Positions 29,993-40,177 are shown, numbered from the stretch's first letter. The stretch: DNA of 64,000 nt from Candidatus Tenderia sp. (GCA_031416075.1 JANOSY010000017.1:96001-160000), one strand, 5' to 3'. Translations and numbers: made by a program. Notes: generated by a model from the letters alone, not told the origin.

Positions 29993-30444
29993 AGCGATTA
30001 CTTATTACTTCTGCTTTGATTCTATCTGGATGCTCATCAAGTGATCATGAAACAACAACCAAACAAAAATCGCCTGAAAATGTATTAAGCATTGAGTCTA
30101 TAAAAATAGAGCATAACGGTGACTTCTCAAACTACATTAGCTCTGATGAAACGTCTGAAATGTGCAAAGACTTTGTTTTAGATAAAGCAGACGTATTAAA
30201 TTTTTTTACAACGGCGCGCTCGGCAACTTCAAGAGAGTATGAACATGATCTGACGGCATCAAACTGCTTTGCCAGCGGAACTTTCATTTCCAACAGTGGT
30301 GTTAGTGGTGATTGGAAAATTGACCGTTCAAGAAGAGGGACACTTCATGTGCAGGACAAGGCACCTGAATATTATTATTGCAGTGAGTGCAAAAGCCAGC
30401 TGTTTTACGAAGCGTGTGACATAGATTGTGCTCACGGTGAGTAA
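29986..30444 (+). CDS. Cys-rich lipoprotein, candidate immunity protein
   Basis: Lipobox LSGC; overlaps the amidase stop. Confidence 0.78.
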   Translation: MVKRLLITSALILSGCSSSDHETTTKQKSPENVLSIESIKIEHNGDFSNYISSDETSEMCKDFVLDKADVLNFFTTARSATSREYEHDLTASNCFASGTFISNSGVSGDWKIDRSRRGTLHVQDKAPEYYYCSECKSQLFYEACDIDCAHGE

Positions 30445-30509
30445 TCAACAGGGCTACCATGTAAATCACAACCTCCCCAAACAAAGTAGACCCAGCCGTA
30501 TGTAGCCAA

Positions 30510-30646
30510 GTAAGGTGCATTCCATGCACCATCACCACAACCAGTGATTATGTGTTTCATGTTTGATACACAATCAAAAAAGTGCGCTGACAAATTATCG
30601 GTGTCTAATGGGTAATTTAAAAAATGGTGCATGGAATGCACCCTAC
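30510..30646. repeat. inverted pair of GTAG-type REPs (REPIN-like)
   Basis: GTAAGGTGCATTCCATGCACCAT (30510-30532) and ATGGTGCATGGAATGCACCCTAC (30624-30646). Confidence 0.8.
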
Positions 30647-30681
30647 TAAGCCGGATTCAACAAACACGCTGTCAGTCCCTC

Positions 30682-31419
30682 TTAACCGCCATGGATGTAA
30701 TGGATGGTTTTTAAGTTTAGCTTACCGCTAAATCCTCTTATTATCTCAAACCCCTTGTCACCAAAAAGGCGCGCTAGAAATGCGCGGTACTTACACACTG
30801 GACGTTTGTTAACCTGACTTATGTAGGCGTCGACACTTTTTTCCATTGAGTCCCATCCCAAGACAGAAGCGGTGGCGTCAGTATTTTTTTTTACCCCACA
30901 AAAGTAAACGTCAAAAGATCTCCAATTAACCCAAAATTGATAATTCGAAAACCCCATCTCCAAATCAAGCTTTTTCTTAAAGTCACTTGGAAGTAAATTG
31001 TGATAATAGTTCCATCCCATTTCAACCGTTAGCGGGGAAGCTTGCGGGTCAGTCCTGGCGGTGCCGTGCTCTTTTCTTCCGTGAGTTGCGCAGGTCATTA
31101 GCACAAGCCCTCCGGGCTTACACACGCGAAGCATATTCTGAAAAGTCTCAACCCAGTGTGGGTTATGTTCCATAGCCTCACACGAAATGACCTGATCGAA
31201 GTAATTATCGGGACCATCGTAATCTTGACCCTGGCAAACGATATCAACATTCTTACCTTCCGAAATATCAAGGCCCGTATAGTCGCAATTACTAAAATAA
31301 TCTTTGACGGAACCGTTAATATCCAAAGAGCCGATTTCTAAAACTTTGCTATTAGTAAAATATTGGTTCATTTCGGCAGAAATCAATTTTACGAAATCAC
31401 GCTGTGCAGGATGTGACAT
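30682..31419 (-). CDS. class I SAM-dependent methyltransferase
   Basis: VLEIGS, YTGLDI, FDQVISCEAMEH, RVCKPGG. Confidence 0.88.
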   Translation of the reverse strand: MSHPAQRDFVKLISAEMNQYFTNSKVLEIGSLDINGSVKDYFSNCDYTGLDISEGKNVDIVCQGQDYDGPDNYFDQVISCEAMEHNPHWVETFQNMLRVCKPGGLVLMTCATHGRKEHGTARTDPQASPLTVEMGWNYYHNLLPSDFKKKLDLEMGFSNYQFWVNWRSFDVYFCGVKKNTDATASVLGWDSMEKSVDAYISQVNKRPVCKYRAFLARLFGDKGFEIIRGFSGKLNLKTIHYIHGG

Positions 31420-31917
31420 TTTTACCCCTAAACGATGTTAATTAATGAAATTATTCTGTCTCAAGAGTTTTTCGGTAGCTATCCGCGCGATGCTTGCTTA
31501 ACATTCGCTAACCGCCATGGAGAGCGAGGCGAGGGCGGTTAGTCCCCGATAGGCGACCCCGTCCGCAGACTCGTAGTTGGGAGCGTTAGCGAGCGACGAA
31601 GAGGATGCGACTACGGGTATAGTCGCCGTAGAGTCATTGTGGCAGCCGTGTCGTAGTGTGGCAAGTCCATTTATGGACAATGCCATACGGAGACGCGGCG
31701 GACACAGGACGGTCGGGGCAAAAGGAATCAGCTGTCGCGTAAGTGAGTCTATTTTGGGCATGGACGCCCAAAATAAACAGCATCGGGGACAGACACAGCA
31801 TCGAGGACAGACCACGGTTTTTCACCCTAAGTTGACCCCAAAAAAAACAACTAACTCAAGCATAAACCGCATCGTACTACTCGCATTTCACCCACCAAGC
31901 GTCTCTCCCCTTCCCCC

Positions 31918-31963
31918 ATACGCAATCTGACGTATTGCGGGAAAAGTTCCCCAACCCTACTCT
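31918..31963 (+). promoter_or_regulatory. porin-urt promoter with upstream palindrome
   Basis: ATACG-N8-CGTAT (31918-31935) abutting TTGCGG-17 nt-TACTCT. Confidence 0.55.
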
Positions 31964-32013
31964 GAACCCGTCACTGTTTTTGCACCTCACTTTTAATCAC
32001 GGGAGTTTCTGCC

Positions 32014-33174
32014 ATGGAAAAACAATCCACTATCCGCTCGCTGCAACGGCGCAGCATAGTGACTGCTGTTAGCGCTGCCTGCCTGTTGACTGCCTTGGGG
32101 GCTGAGGCGGGTGGTACTGTGAGTTTTGGGGATGACAAATCCATCACGGTGGGGTTGGGTCTGCGCACCAGCTTTAGCAGTGTTGAGGATGGTGCGCCGA
32201 GTGGAGCCAGCCGCTCGTCGGATTTTGCTATGGATAGTCTGCGTCTGTACGTAAACGGTTCTCTTAGCAAACAGATCAAGGCGACCTTCAATACCGAAAA
32301 AGATGGTAGCGACAATATCAAGATGCTGGACGGCTACGCCCAGTTTGAATATTCAGATGAACTTAACATCTGGGTGGGGCGTATGTTGCCGCCTAGCGAC
32401 CGTTCCAATCTGGATGGTCCTTATTATCTGAGCGGCTGGGGGTATCCAAGCGTTTCACAATATCCGGCCAAGTTTGCCGGGCGTGATAACGGCGTTAACG
32501 TTTGGGGCAAGCTGCTCGACAAAAAACTGACCTATGCGGTGGGGGCGTTTGAAGGCCACAACAACTTTGCCGGTGCCTCTAGCGAAGATGACAACCTGCT
32601 TTACGCCGGTCGTGTTCAGTACGACTTCTGGGACAACTCGCTTGATCCTGCCTACTACACCAGCAGCACCTATTTCGGCGGCAAAAATGTGCTCTCCGTT
32701 GGTATGGCCGCCATGTATCAAAAAGATGGTGTGGGCAGCGCCGCCGCCAAGGGTAACTATCAGTCCTGGAATCTCGATGCACTGCTGGAAAAGCCGTTGG
32801 CTGATAGCGGCACCGTGACCGTTGAGGCGGCTTATTACAACTACGATACCGGTGATGTTGCCGATGTTGCCCCTGGTTTTGGTGGCTCCATGGGCACCGA
32901 TAATGTGGGTGGTTTAACCCAGGGCACAGCCTATCTGGCGAGTGCTGCCTATCTGCTGCCACAGGCAGTGGGGCCGGGCAAGTTCCAACCCTATTTGCGT
33001 TACCAGAGTTTTGATAGTGACCTGAGCAATGTCACCTCCACGCAGCAAGACCTGGGTGTGAACTACATCCTGAATGGCCATAACGCGCGTGTCAGCGCCA
33101 CCTACACCAAAAATGATTCAGACGTGACCACGGCTACAGATAAGTTTGTGGTGGGGCTACAACTACAAATCTGA
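32014..33174 (+). CDS. outer-membrane porin (FmdC/OprO-OprP-like, urea or short amides)
   Basis: Signal peptide, alternating beta-strand pattern, first gene before urtA. Confidence 0.8.
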   Translation: MEKQSTIRSLQRRSIVTAVSAACLLTALGAEAGGTVSFGDDKSITVGLGLRTSFSSVEDGAPSGASRSSDFAMDSLRLYVNGSLSKQIKATFNTEKDGSDNIKMLDGYAQFEYSDELNIWVGRMLPPSDRSNLDGPYYLSGWGYPSVSQYPAKFAGRDNGVNVWGKLLDKKLTYAVGAFEGHNNFAGASSEDDNLLYAGRVQYDFWDNSLDPAYYTSSTYFGGKNVLSVGMAAMYQKDGVGSAAAKGNYQSWNLDALLEKPLADSGTVTVEAAYYNYDTGDVADVAPGFGGSMGTDNVGGLTQGTAYLASAAYLLPQAVGPGKFQPYLRYQSFDSDLSNVTSTQQDLGVNYILNGHNARVSATYTKNDSDVTTATDKFVVGLQLQI

Positions 33175-33211
33175 TTTTTAAATTTTAATCCCGTTATCAA
33201 GGAGCAATGAT

Positions 33212-34489
33212 ATGCAATCGCGTCGTACTTTTATTAAATCCATGACTGCCATCGCCGTTGGCGCGGCGCTCATGAGCGGTGGCTTGGCCGCACAGGCCGC
33301 TGACAAATCGCCGATCAAGGTCGGCATTCTGCATTCACTCTCCGGCACCATGGCGATCTCTGAAACGGCACTTAAGGATATGGCGCTGATGACCATTGAT
33401 GAGATCAACAAAAGTGGTGGTGTACTTGGCCGCCAGCTGGAGCCTGTGGTGGTTGATCCCGCCTCTGACTGGCCGCTGTTTGCTGAGAAGGGACGTCAGT
33501 TACTGAGTCAGGATAAAGTGGCCGTCACCTTTGGTTGCTGGACCTCGGTCTCACGCAAGTCGGTATTGCCGGTCTACAAAGAGTTGAACGGTCTGCTCTT
33601 CTACCCGGTGCAGTATGAAGGTGAGGAGTTGGAGAAAAATGTCTTCTACACCGGTGCCGCACCCAACCAGCAGGCAATTCCCGCCGTTGAATATTTGATG
33701 AGTGCCGATGGTGGTGGCGCGAAACGTTTTGTGCTGCTGGGTACTGACTATGTTTATCCACGCACTACCAACAAGATCCTGCGTGCCTTCCTGAAGAGCA
33801 AAGGTGTGGCGGATGCCGACATCATGGAGGAGTACACACCGTTTGGTCATGCCGACTATCAGACCATCATCGCCAAGATCAAAAAATTTGCGGCTGAAGG
33901 TAAAAAAACAGCGGTTGTCTCCACCATCAACGGCGACTCTAACGTACCGTTCTACAAAGAGCTGGGCAATCAGGGTTTGAAGGCGAAGGATGTGCCGGTT
34001 GTTGCCTTCTCTGTCGGTGAAGAGGAGCTGCGTGGCGTGGATACCAAACCACTGGTGGGCCATCTGGCGGCATGGAACTACTTCATGAGCCTGAAGAATC
34101 CGGCCAATGCCGCCTTCACCAAAAAGTGGGCTGAATACGCCAAGGCGAATAAGTTACCGGGTGCGGATAAACCCATCACCAACGATCCAATGGAAGCGAC
34201 CTATATCGGTATTCACATGTGGAAGCAGGCTGTTGAGAAGGCGGGCACCACGGATGTGAATAAGGTAATCGCTGCTGTCGGTGGCCAGAAGTTTAACGCG
34301 CCAGATGGCTTTACCATCGAGATGGATCCTAAAAATCACCACCTGCACAAACCTGTGTTTATTGGCGAGATAAAGGCCGATGGGCAGTTTAACGTGGTGT
34401 GGAAGACCAAGGGGCCAATCAAGGCAGAGCCATGGAGTCCTTACATTGTGGGTAATGACAAAAAGAAGGGTGGGCCAGAGGCTAAGTAA
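33212..34489 (+). CDS. urtA: urea ABC transporter substrate-binding protein
   Basis: Tat-like SRRTFIK, GILHSLSGTMAISE, GCWTSVSRK, YPVQYEG, GAAPNQQ. Confidence 0.96.
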   Translation: MQSRRTFIKSMTAIAVGAALMSGGLAAQAADKSPIKVGILHSLSGTMAISETALKDMALMTIDEINKSGGVLGRQLEPVVVDPASDWPLFAEKGRQLLSQDKVAVTFGCWTSVSRKSVLPVYKELNGLLFYPVQYEGEELEKNVFYTGAAPNQQAIPAVEYLMSADGGGAKRFVLLGTDYVYPRTTNKILRAFLKSKGVADADIMEEYTPFGHADYQTIIAKIKKFAAEGKKTAVVSTINGDSNVPFYKELGNQGLKAKDVPVVAFSVGEEELRGVDTKPLVGHLAAWNYFMSLKNPANAAFTKKWAEYAKANKLPGADKPITNDPMEATYIGIHMWKQAVEKAGTTDVNKVIAAVGGQKFNAPDGFTIEMDPKNHHLHKPVFIGEIKADGQFNVVWKTKGPIKAEPWSPYIVGNDKKKGGPEAK

Positions 34490-34510
34490 TTAAATGGTGA
34501 TTAATACTTT

Positions 34511-34602
34511 CTCCGTTCGTGGTGAGCCTGTCGAACCATGGACGGAGGATTTATCATCAGCAACAATTAACATCACCAGCCCTTCGACAGGCTCAGGGCG
34601 AA
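34511..34602. repeat. palindromic repeat pair (TCGACAGGCTCA family)
   Basis: CTCCGTTCGTGGTGAGCCTGTCGAACCATGGACGGAG and inverted GCCCTTCGACAGGCTCAGGGCGAA. Confidence 0.85.
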
Positions 34603-34667
34603 GAACCTGCCTACTTTCCAGAAAGCTGTTTAACCATGTTGCTGAAGAGGTTCGCAAAACAACTTTC

Positions 34668-36272
34668 ATGAGTATACAAATGCAGATTTCAAAAATAGTT
34701 ATCACTGGTCTCATGGCGGGGTGGTTGTTGCTAAGCAGCACCGCACACGCCCTGTCACCTGAAAGCATTACATCACTGACCACGGGCGACAATGAGCAGC
34801 GTATCGACGCCATCACCAGTGTGGTGAACAGTGGTGATAGCAGCGCCATTGCATTCTTGAAAAACATCCTTAATGACGAGGTCAAACTCGCCGATGGCAA
34901 GATTCTAATCGTCAGCGACAGTGGCGCGGTGGATGCCATCACCGGCCAGGCGGTTGCGCTGCCAGAATATCCGGAAGATCTTATCAACAACAACCGTGTG
35001 CGTAACGAACTGGATGTCGCTATTGCAGCGCTGAGCCTGCGCTCCAGCGATGATGCCGTGCGGCTGGCGGCGGCTAAAAAATTGCAGCAGACCACAACAT
35101 CGGAGTCGATGTTGCCGCTGGTGCGGCAGGCAGAGAAAAATGAACAGAGTGCAAAGATTCGCACCCTGCTGGTGGAGATTCGCGCCGGCATTGAACTCTA
35201 CAGCAGTGACAAACAGTTACGCCTGGATGCCGCCCATGAACTGGCAGACAGCGCCAGCGCCCAGATTAGGCAGTCACTCACCAGCCGACTCGAGGCGGAT
35301 GGCGAGTCCGACCCGCAGGTACGCAAGGCGATTGAGGTTGCCATTCACTCCATCGAACAGCGCCTTGGTTATTATGAGTTTGCCGGAACGGTTTTTACCG
35401 GACTCAGCCTCGGCAGCGTACTGCTGTTGGCAGCGCTCGGCCTGGCGATCACCTACGGCCTGATGGGTGTCATCAACATGGCCCACGGCGAGATGATGAT
35501 GCTGGGGGCCTATGCAACCTATATTGTGCAAAATCTGTTTCGCCAATATCTGCCGGAGTGGTTTGATGCCTATGTGCTGGCGGCGATCCCTGCCGCCTTT
35601 ATTGTGACCGCGCTGATCGGCGTGGTGATGGAGCGCACGGTGATTCGCCACCTCTATGGCCGACCGCTGGAGACACTGCTGGCCACCTGGGGCATCAGCC
35701 TGATTTTGATGCAGCTGGTGCGCACGCTCTTTGGCGCGCAAAACGTGCAGGTGGAAAATCCCAACTGGATGTCGGGCGGCATCGAACTCTCATCCAATCT
35801 GGTGCTGCCCTACAACCGCATCGACATCATCATCTTCTCCGTTGCCGTGCTGCTGCTCATCTGGCTGCTGCTCAACAAGACCCGCCTCGGCCTGTTTGTG
35901 CGCGCCGTGACACAAAACCGCACCATGGCCGGTTGTGTCGGTGTTAATACCGCGCGTGTCGATACCTGGGCCTTTGCGTTGGGTTCTGGTGTTGCCGGAT
36001 TGGCCGGTGTGGCGCTGGCGCAGATCGGTAACGTTGGCCCTGATCTCGGCAAGACCTACATCGTTGACTCTTTTATGGTGGTGGTATTGGGCGGTGTCGG
36101 CCAGCTGGCCGGGACGGTCTACGCCGCCCTGGGCATGGGTGTTGTCAGTAAATTTCTGGAGAGTTTTTCCGGCGCGGTGCTGGCCAAGATCATCGTGCTG
36201 GTCATTGTTATTATTTTCATTCAGAAACGGCCTCAAGGCATCTTTGCCCTGAAGGGCCGTTCAGTGGAGTGA
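34668..36272 (+). CDS. urtB: urea ABC transporter permease UrtB
   Basis: GLAITYGLMGVINMAHGE, RPLETLLATWG, RPQGIFALKGR; start moved past the repeat. Confidence 0.95.
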   Translation: MSIQMQISKIVITGLMAGWLLLSSTAHALSPESITSLTTGDNEQRIDAITSVVNSGDSSAIAFLKNILNDEVKLADGKILIVSDSGAVDAITGQAVALPEYPEDLINNNRVRNELDVAIAALSLRSSDDAVRLAAAKKLQQTTTSESMLPLVRQAEKNEQSAKIRTLLVEIRAGIELYSSDKQLRLDAAHELADSASAQIRQSLTSRLEADGESDPQVRKAIEVAIHSIEQRLGYYEFAGTVFTGLSLGSVLLLAALGLAITYGLMGVINMAHGEMMMLGAYATYIVQNLFRQYLPEWFDAYVLAAIPAAFIVTALIGVVMERTVIRHLYGRPLETLLATWGISLILMQLVRTLFGAQNVQVENPNWMSGGIELSSNLVLPYNRIDIIIFSVAVLLLIWLLLNKTRLGLFVRAVTQNRTMAGCVGVNTARVDTWAFALGSGVAGLAGVALAQIGNVGPDLGKTYIVDSFMVVVLGGVGQLAGTVYAALGMGVVSKFLESFSGAVLAKIIVLVIVIIFIQKRPQGIFALKGRSVE

Positions 36273-36276
36273 TGTT

Positions 36277-37377
36277 GTGATGCACTCAAGCTACCAACCT
36301 TTTCTGTTACGCCTGATGGGCAACTCGCGCTGGATCGGTTATGCCGTGGCGCTGGCCATCATCTGCATCCTGATTCCGGTACTGAACCTGGCGGTGCCGG
36401 AGCAGAGCGCGCTGCATCTGTCGGACTACACTGTGTCGCTGCTGGGCAAGATTCTCTGTTACGCCATGGTGGCGCTGGCGATGGATCTGGTGTGGGGTTA
36501 CACCGGCATTCTCAGCCTTGGCCACGGCATCTTTTTTGCGCTGGGCGGTTACGCCTTTGGCATGTTCCTGATGCGTGAAGCGGCCGATGCCGAGGGCGGC
36601 AGCCAGCTGCCCAACTTCATGGTCTTTCTCGACTGGCACGAGTATCCTTGGTATTGGGCGGGCAGTGACAGCTTTATCTTCACTCTGTTGCTGGTGGTGC
36701 TGGCGCCAGGAGTGCTGGCCTTTATCTTTGGCTGGTTTGCCTTTCGTTCGCGCATCAAGGGGGTCTATTTTTCCATCATTACTCAGGCGATGACCTACGC
36801 CTTTATGCTGCTCTTCTTCCGTAACGAGACCGGCTTTGGTGGCAACAACGGCTTTACCGATTTCAAAACCATTCTTGGCATTCCCATCGCCACAGCTGAA
36901 ACGCGGATTGTGCTGTTTGCCTTGAGTGGACTGGCGCTGCTGGCAATGTTATGGATGTCGCACCGCATCGTCGAAAGTAAATTTGGCCGGGTGCTTACCG
37001 CGATTCGTGATGCCGAATCGCGGGTGATGTTTTCCGGTTACAACCCACTGCATTACAAACTGGCGATCTGGACCCTCTCGGCGATGATGTGTGGTGTAGC
37101 CGGGGCGCTCTATGTGCCGCAGATCGGCATCATCAACCCGACTGAGATGTCACCCGCCAACTCCATAGAGATCGCCATCTGGACCGCCGTGGGCGGGCGC
37201 GGCACACTCATCGGCCCGCTGATCGGCGCCGGTTTTGTCACGGCGCTCAAGAGCTGGTTCACCGCCAGCTTCCCCGAGTACTGGCTCTACTTTCTGGGTG
37301 CGCTGTTTATTGTTGTCACACTCTATCTGCCGCACGGGGTGATGGGGCTGGGTAAAAAACTGCTGGGTAAAAAGTGA
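36277..37377 (+). CDS. urtC: urea ABC transporter permease UrtC
   Basis: WGYTGILSLGHG, RSRIKGVYFSIITQA, AVGGRGTL. Confidence 0.95.
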   Translation: MMHSSYQPFLLRLMGNSRWIGYAVALAIICILIPVLNLAVPEQSALHLSDYTVSLLGKILCYAMVALAMDLVWGYTGILSLGHGIFFALGGYAFGMFLMREAADAEGGSQLPNFMVFLDWHEYPWYWAGSDSFIFTLLLVVLAPGVLAFIFGWFAFRSRIKGVYFSIITQAMTYAFMLLFFRNETGFGGNNGFTDFKTILGIPIATAETRIVLFALSGLALLAMLWMSHRIVESKFGRVLTAIRDAESRVMFSGYNPLHYKLAIWTLSAMMCGVAGALYVPQIGIINPTEMSPANSIEIAIWTAVGGRGTLIGPLIGAGFVTALKSWFTASFPEYWLYFLGALFIVVTLYLPHGVMGLGKKLLGKK

Positions 37378-38207
37378 TGAACAGTAATCACACCATGACA
37401 ACCGATGCTGGCCATGTCAGCGACAGCCATCTGCTGCAACCAGGCGTACTCGATACCTCACACGGCGTGGTGCTCTATCTTGATGATGTCACCGTTAGCT
37501 TCGATGGCTTTCGGGCGCTCAACAAACTGAGCTTCTCGGTGGATGTGGGTGAGCTGCGCTGCATCATCGGCCCCAACGGCGCGGGTAAGACGACGATGAT
37601 GGATAGCATCACCGGCAAGACTCGCCCCGACTCCGGCAGCCTTTTTTTTGGCCAGACCCTGGACCTGACCCGCATGAGCGAGGCCGAAATTGCCCAGGCC
37701 GGTATCGGTCGCAAGTTTCAGAAACCAACAGTGTTTGAACAGCACACCGTCTTTGAAAATCTGGAGCTGGCGCTCAAGTGCGACAAACGGATCTGGCACT
37801 CGCTGTTTGGCAAACTGACCGGGCAACAGCGCGACGCCATCGACGCCATCGACGCGATCATGCAGACCATCGCCCTGCAAGAGCTGGCCAACAGCCGCGC
37901 CGGTCTGCTCTCCCACGGTCAGAAGCAGTGGCTGGAGATCGGCATGTTGCTGGCGCAACAGCCACAACTACTGTTATTGGATGAACCGGTCGCGGGCATG
38001 ACCGATCACGAAACAGAACGCACCGCCGAACTGCTTAACTCTCTGGCGGGCAAACACTCCATCGTAGTGGTTGAACACGACATGGATTTTGTCGCCAGCA
38101 TCGCCCGCAAGGTGACGGTGCTGCATGAAGGCAGTGTGCTGGCAGAGGGCGACATGGCAACGGTACAGAGCAACGAACAGGTGATCGAGGTCTATCTTGG
38201 ACGCTAA
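37374..38207 (+). CDS. urtD: urea ABC transporter ATPase UrtD
   Basis: GPNGAGKT, GIGRKFQKP, LSHGQKQWLEIGM. Confidence 0.95.
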   Translation: MMNSNHTMTTDAGHVSDSHLLQPGVLDTSHGVVLYLDDVTVSFDGFRALNKLSFSVDVGELRCIIGPNGAGKTTMMDSITGKTRPDSGSLFFGQTLDLTRMSEAEIAQAGIGRKFQKPTVFEQHTVFENLELALKCDKRIWHSLFGKLTGQQRDAIDAIDAIMQTIALQELANSRAGLLSHGQKQWLEIGMLLAQQPQLLLLDEPVAGMTDHETERTAELLNSLAGKHSIVVVEHDMDFVASIARKVTVLHEGSVLAEGDMATVQSNEQVIEVYLGR

Positions 38208-38208
38208 C

Positions 38209-38907
38209 ATGTTGGAAATCAGCGGACTCAACCAGTATTACGGCGGCAGCCATATCCTGCGTGATGTCACATTCTCTGTGCCGATGGGCGCCTGCACCGT
38301 GCTGCTCGGTCGCAACGGCGTGGGTAAAACCACGCTGCTTAAAGCGCTGATGGGGGTGGTGCCGGTCAAGAGTGGCACGACATTGTTTGATGGCAAAAAC
38401 ATCACTCACCTGCCCGCCTACAGCCGTGCAGCCGCTGGCATCGCCTATGTGCCGCAGGGGCGCGAAATCTTTGCCCGTCTGACCGTGGAGGAGAATCTGC
38501 TGATGGGGCTGGCCACCGCCAAAGGCAAAAATGCCAAGACCATTCCAGACGATATCTACGCGATGTTTCCGGTACTCAAAGCGATGTTGCAGCGCCGTGG
38601 TGGTGATCTTTCCGGCGGCCAGCAGCAACAGCTGGCGATTGGCCGGGCGTTGATATCGCGGCCAAAATTATTGATTCTTGATGAACCCACCGAAGGCATT
38701 CAGCCCTCCATCATTAAAGATATCGAACGGGTCATCCGCACACTTTCGCAACGCGGCGACATGGCCATCCTGCTGGTAGAGCAGTACTATGACTTTGCCC
38801 GCGCCCTGGCAGACCACTACCTCTGCATGTCGCGCGGCCAGATCGTCAAACAGGGGTTAGGGGCTGACATGGACAGTGAAAATATTCGTGATTTTGTAAC
38901 ACTGTGA
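38209..38907 (+). CDS. urtE: urea ABC transporter ATPase UrtE
   Basis: GRNGVGKT, LSGGQQQQLAIGRAL, DEPTEGIQPSII. Confidence 0.95.
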   Translation: MLEISGLNQYYGGSHILRDVTFSVPMGACTVLLGRNGVGKTTLLKALMGVVPVKSGTTLFDGKNITHLPAYSRAAAGIAYVPQGREIFARLTVEENLLMGLATAKGKNAKTIPDDIYAMFPVLKAMLQRRGGDLSGGQQQQLAIGRALISRPKLLILDEPTEGIQPSIIKDIERVIRTLSQRGDMAILLVEQYYDFARALADHYLCMSRGQIVKQGLGADMDSENIRDFVTL

Positions 38908-39770
38908 TGGTACACAACCACGCTGCCGCCAGCACGACATCCTATAAACGCACACCGTGGCATGCCGAATTACATCTGGGGTTTAGTGAACGTGATGGCC
39001 GCACTATCCTCAGCCACCGTGACCATCGTGGCCCGTTGGCAATTCAGAAGATGCTCTACCCCGAAGGTGATGCGGTCTGCCACGCCATCATCCTGCACCC
39101 CCCTGGCGGACTCGCCGGTGGCGACAGACTGGAGATCAACATAAGTGCCGCCACATCCGCACACGCCCTGCTGACCACCCCCGGCGCTGGCAAGTGGTAC
39201 AAGGCCAACGGCGCAACGGCATCACAACAGCTGGTGATAAGCACCGCTGACAACGCCACGATCGAGTGGCTGCCACAAGAGACCATCGTCTACGATGCCG
39301 CCGAGGCGCAGTGGCGTGGCGAGGTCCATCTTGCGGAGTCCGCACGTTACGCAGGTTGGGATATCATCTGCCTGGGACGCCAGGCGTGTGGCGAACAGTT
39401 CCGCCAGGGACTGCTGCGCCAGAGCCTGAAGATATTCCGTTCCAATCGCATCATCTGGGGCGAACACGCCAATCTAAAAGGGAGTGATCGACTGCTAAGT
39501 TCAGCGGCCGGGTTGCGCGGCCAGCCGGTCTTTGCCACCTTTGTGATTGCTGCGGGCGCGATACCACCAGAGCTACTGGAGCAGTGTCGCGCCGTTAGCG
39601 CACCTGGTGATGGCGCCACCTGCGTTACCGCGCTGCCAGAGATTTTTGTCGGCCGTTACCTGGGCCGCAGCACACAATCAGCACGGCTCTATTTTGAAGC
39701 GCTCTGGGCGCTGTTGCGCCCCTGGTATGCAGGCATGGCCGCACAGCGGCCGCGCATCTGGAACACATAA
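38904..39770 (+). CDS. ureD: urease accessory protein UreD
   Basis: HPPGGLAGGD, LLTTPGAGKWY, EWLPQETI, PRIWNT. Confidence 0.95.
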   Translation: MMVHNHAAASTTSYKRTPWHAELHLGFSERDGRTILSHRDHRGPLAIQKMLYPEGDAVCHAIILHPPGGLAGGDRLEINISAATSAHALLTTPGAGKWYKANGATASQQLVISTADNATIEWLPQETIVYDAAEAQWRGEVHLAESARYAGWDIICLGRQACGEQFRQGLLRQSLKIFRSNRIIWGEHANLKGSDRLLSSAAGLRGQPVFATFVIAAGAIPPELLEQCRAVSAPGDGATCVTALPEIFVGRYLGRSTQSARLYFEALWALLRPWYAGMAAQRPRIWNT

Positions 39771-39775
39771 GGAAC

Positions 39776-39835
39776 CACTGATTAATTCCTCCGCTCATGG
39801 TTCGACAAGCTCACCACGAGCGGAATTAATCAGTG
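39776..39835. repeat. palindromic repeat (same family) with extended outer stem
   Basis: CACTGATTAATTCC-TCCGCTCATGGTTCGACAAGCTCACCACGAGC-GGAATTAATCAGTG. Confidence 0.82.
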
Positions 39836-39874
39836 ACACCGCAACTCTAATGCATGAATTAAGGACTAACACCG

Positions 39875-40177
<303 letters not shown>

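Noticed and set aside
31498-31930. ORFs across the hairpin block
   Set aside because: No RBS or protein-like composition; better explained as structured non-coding DNA.
34494-34667. N-terminal extension of urtB, and ORFs 43328-43600 and 43527-43808
   Set aside because: These are translations of the palindromic repeats (SPSTGSG, LRQAQDER), not real coding sequence.
37833-37859. 9-bp triplication (DAI)3 in urtD
   Set aside because: In-frame micro-duplication with no evident consequence.
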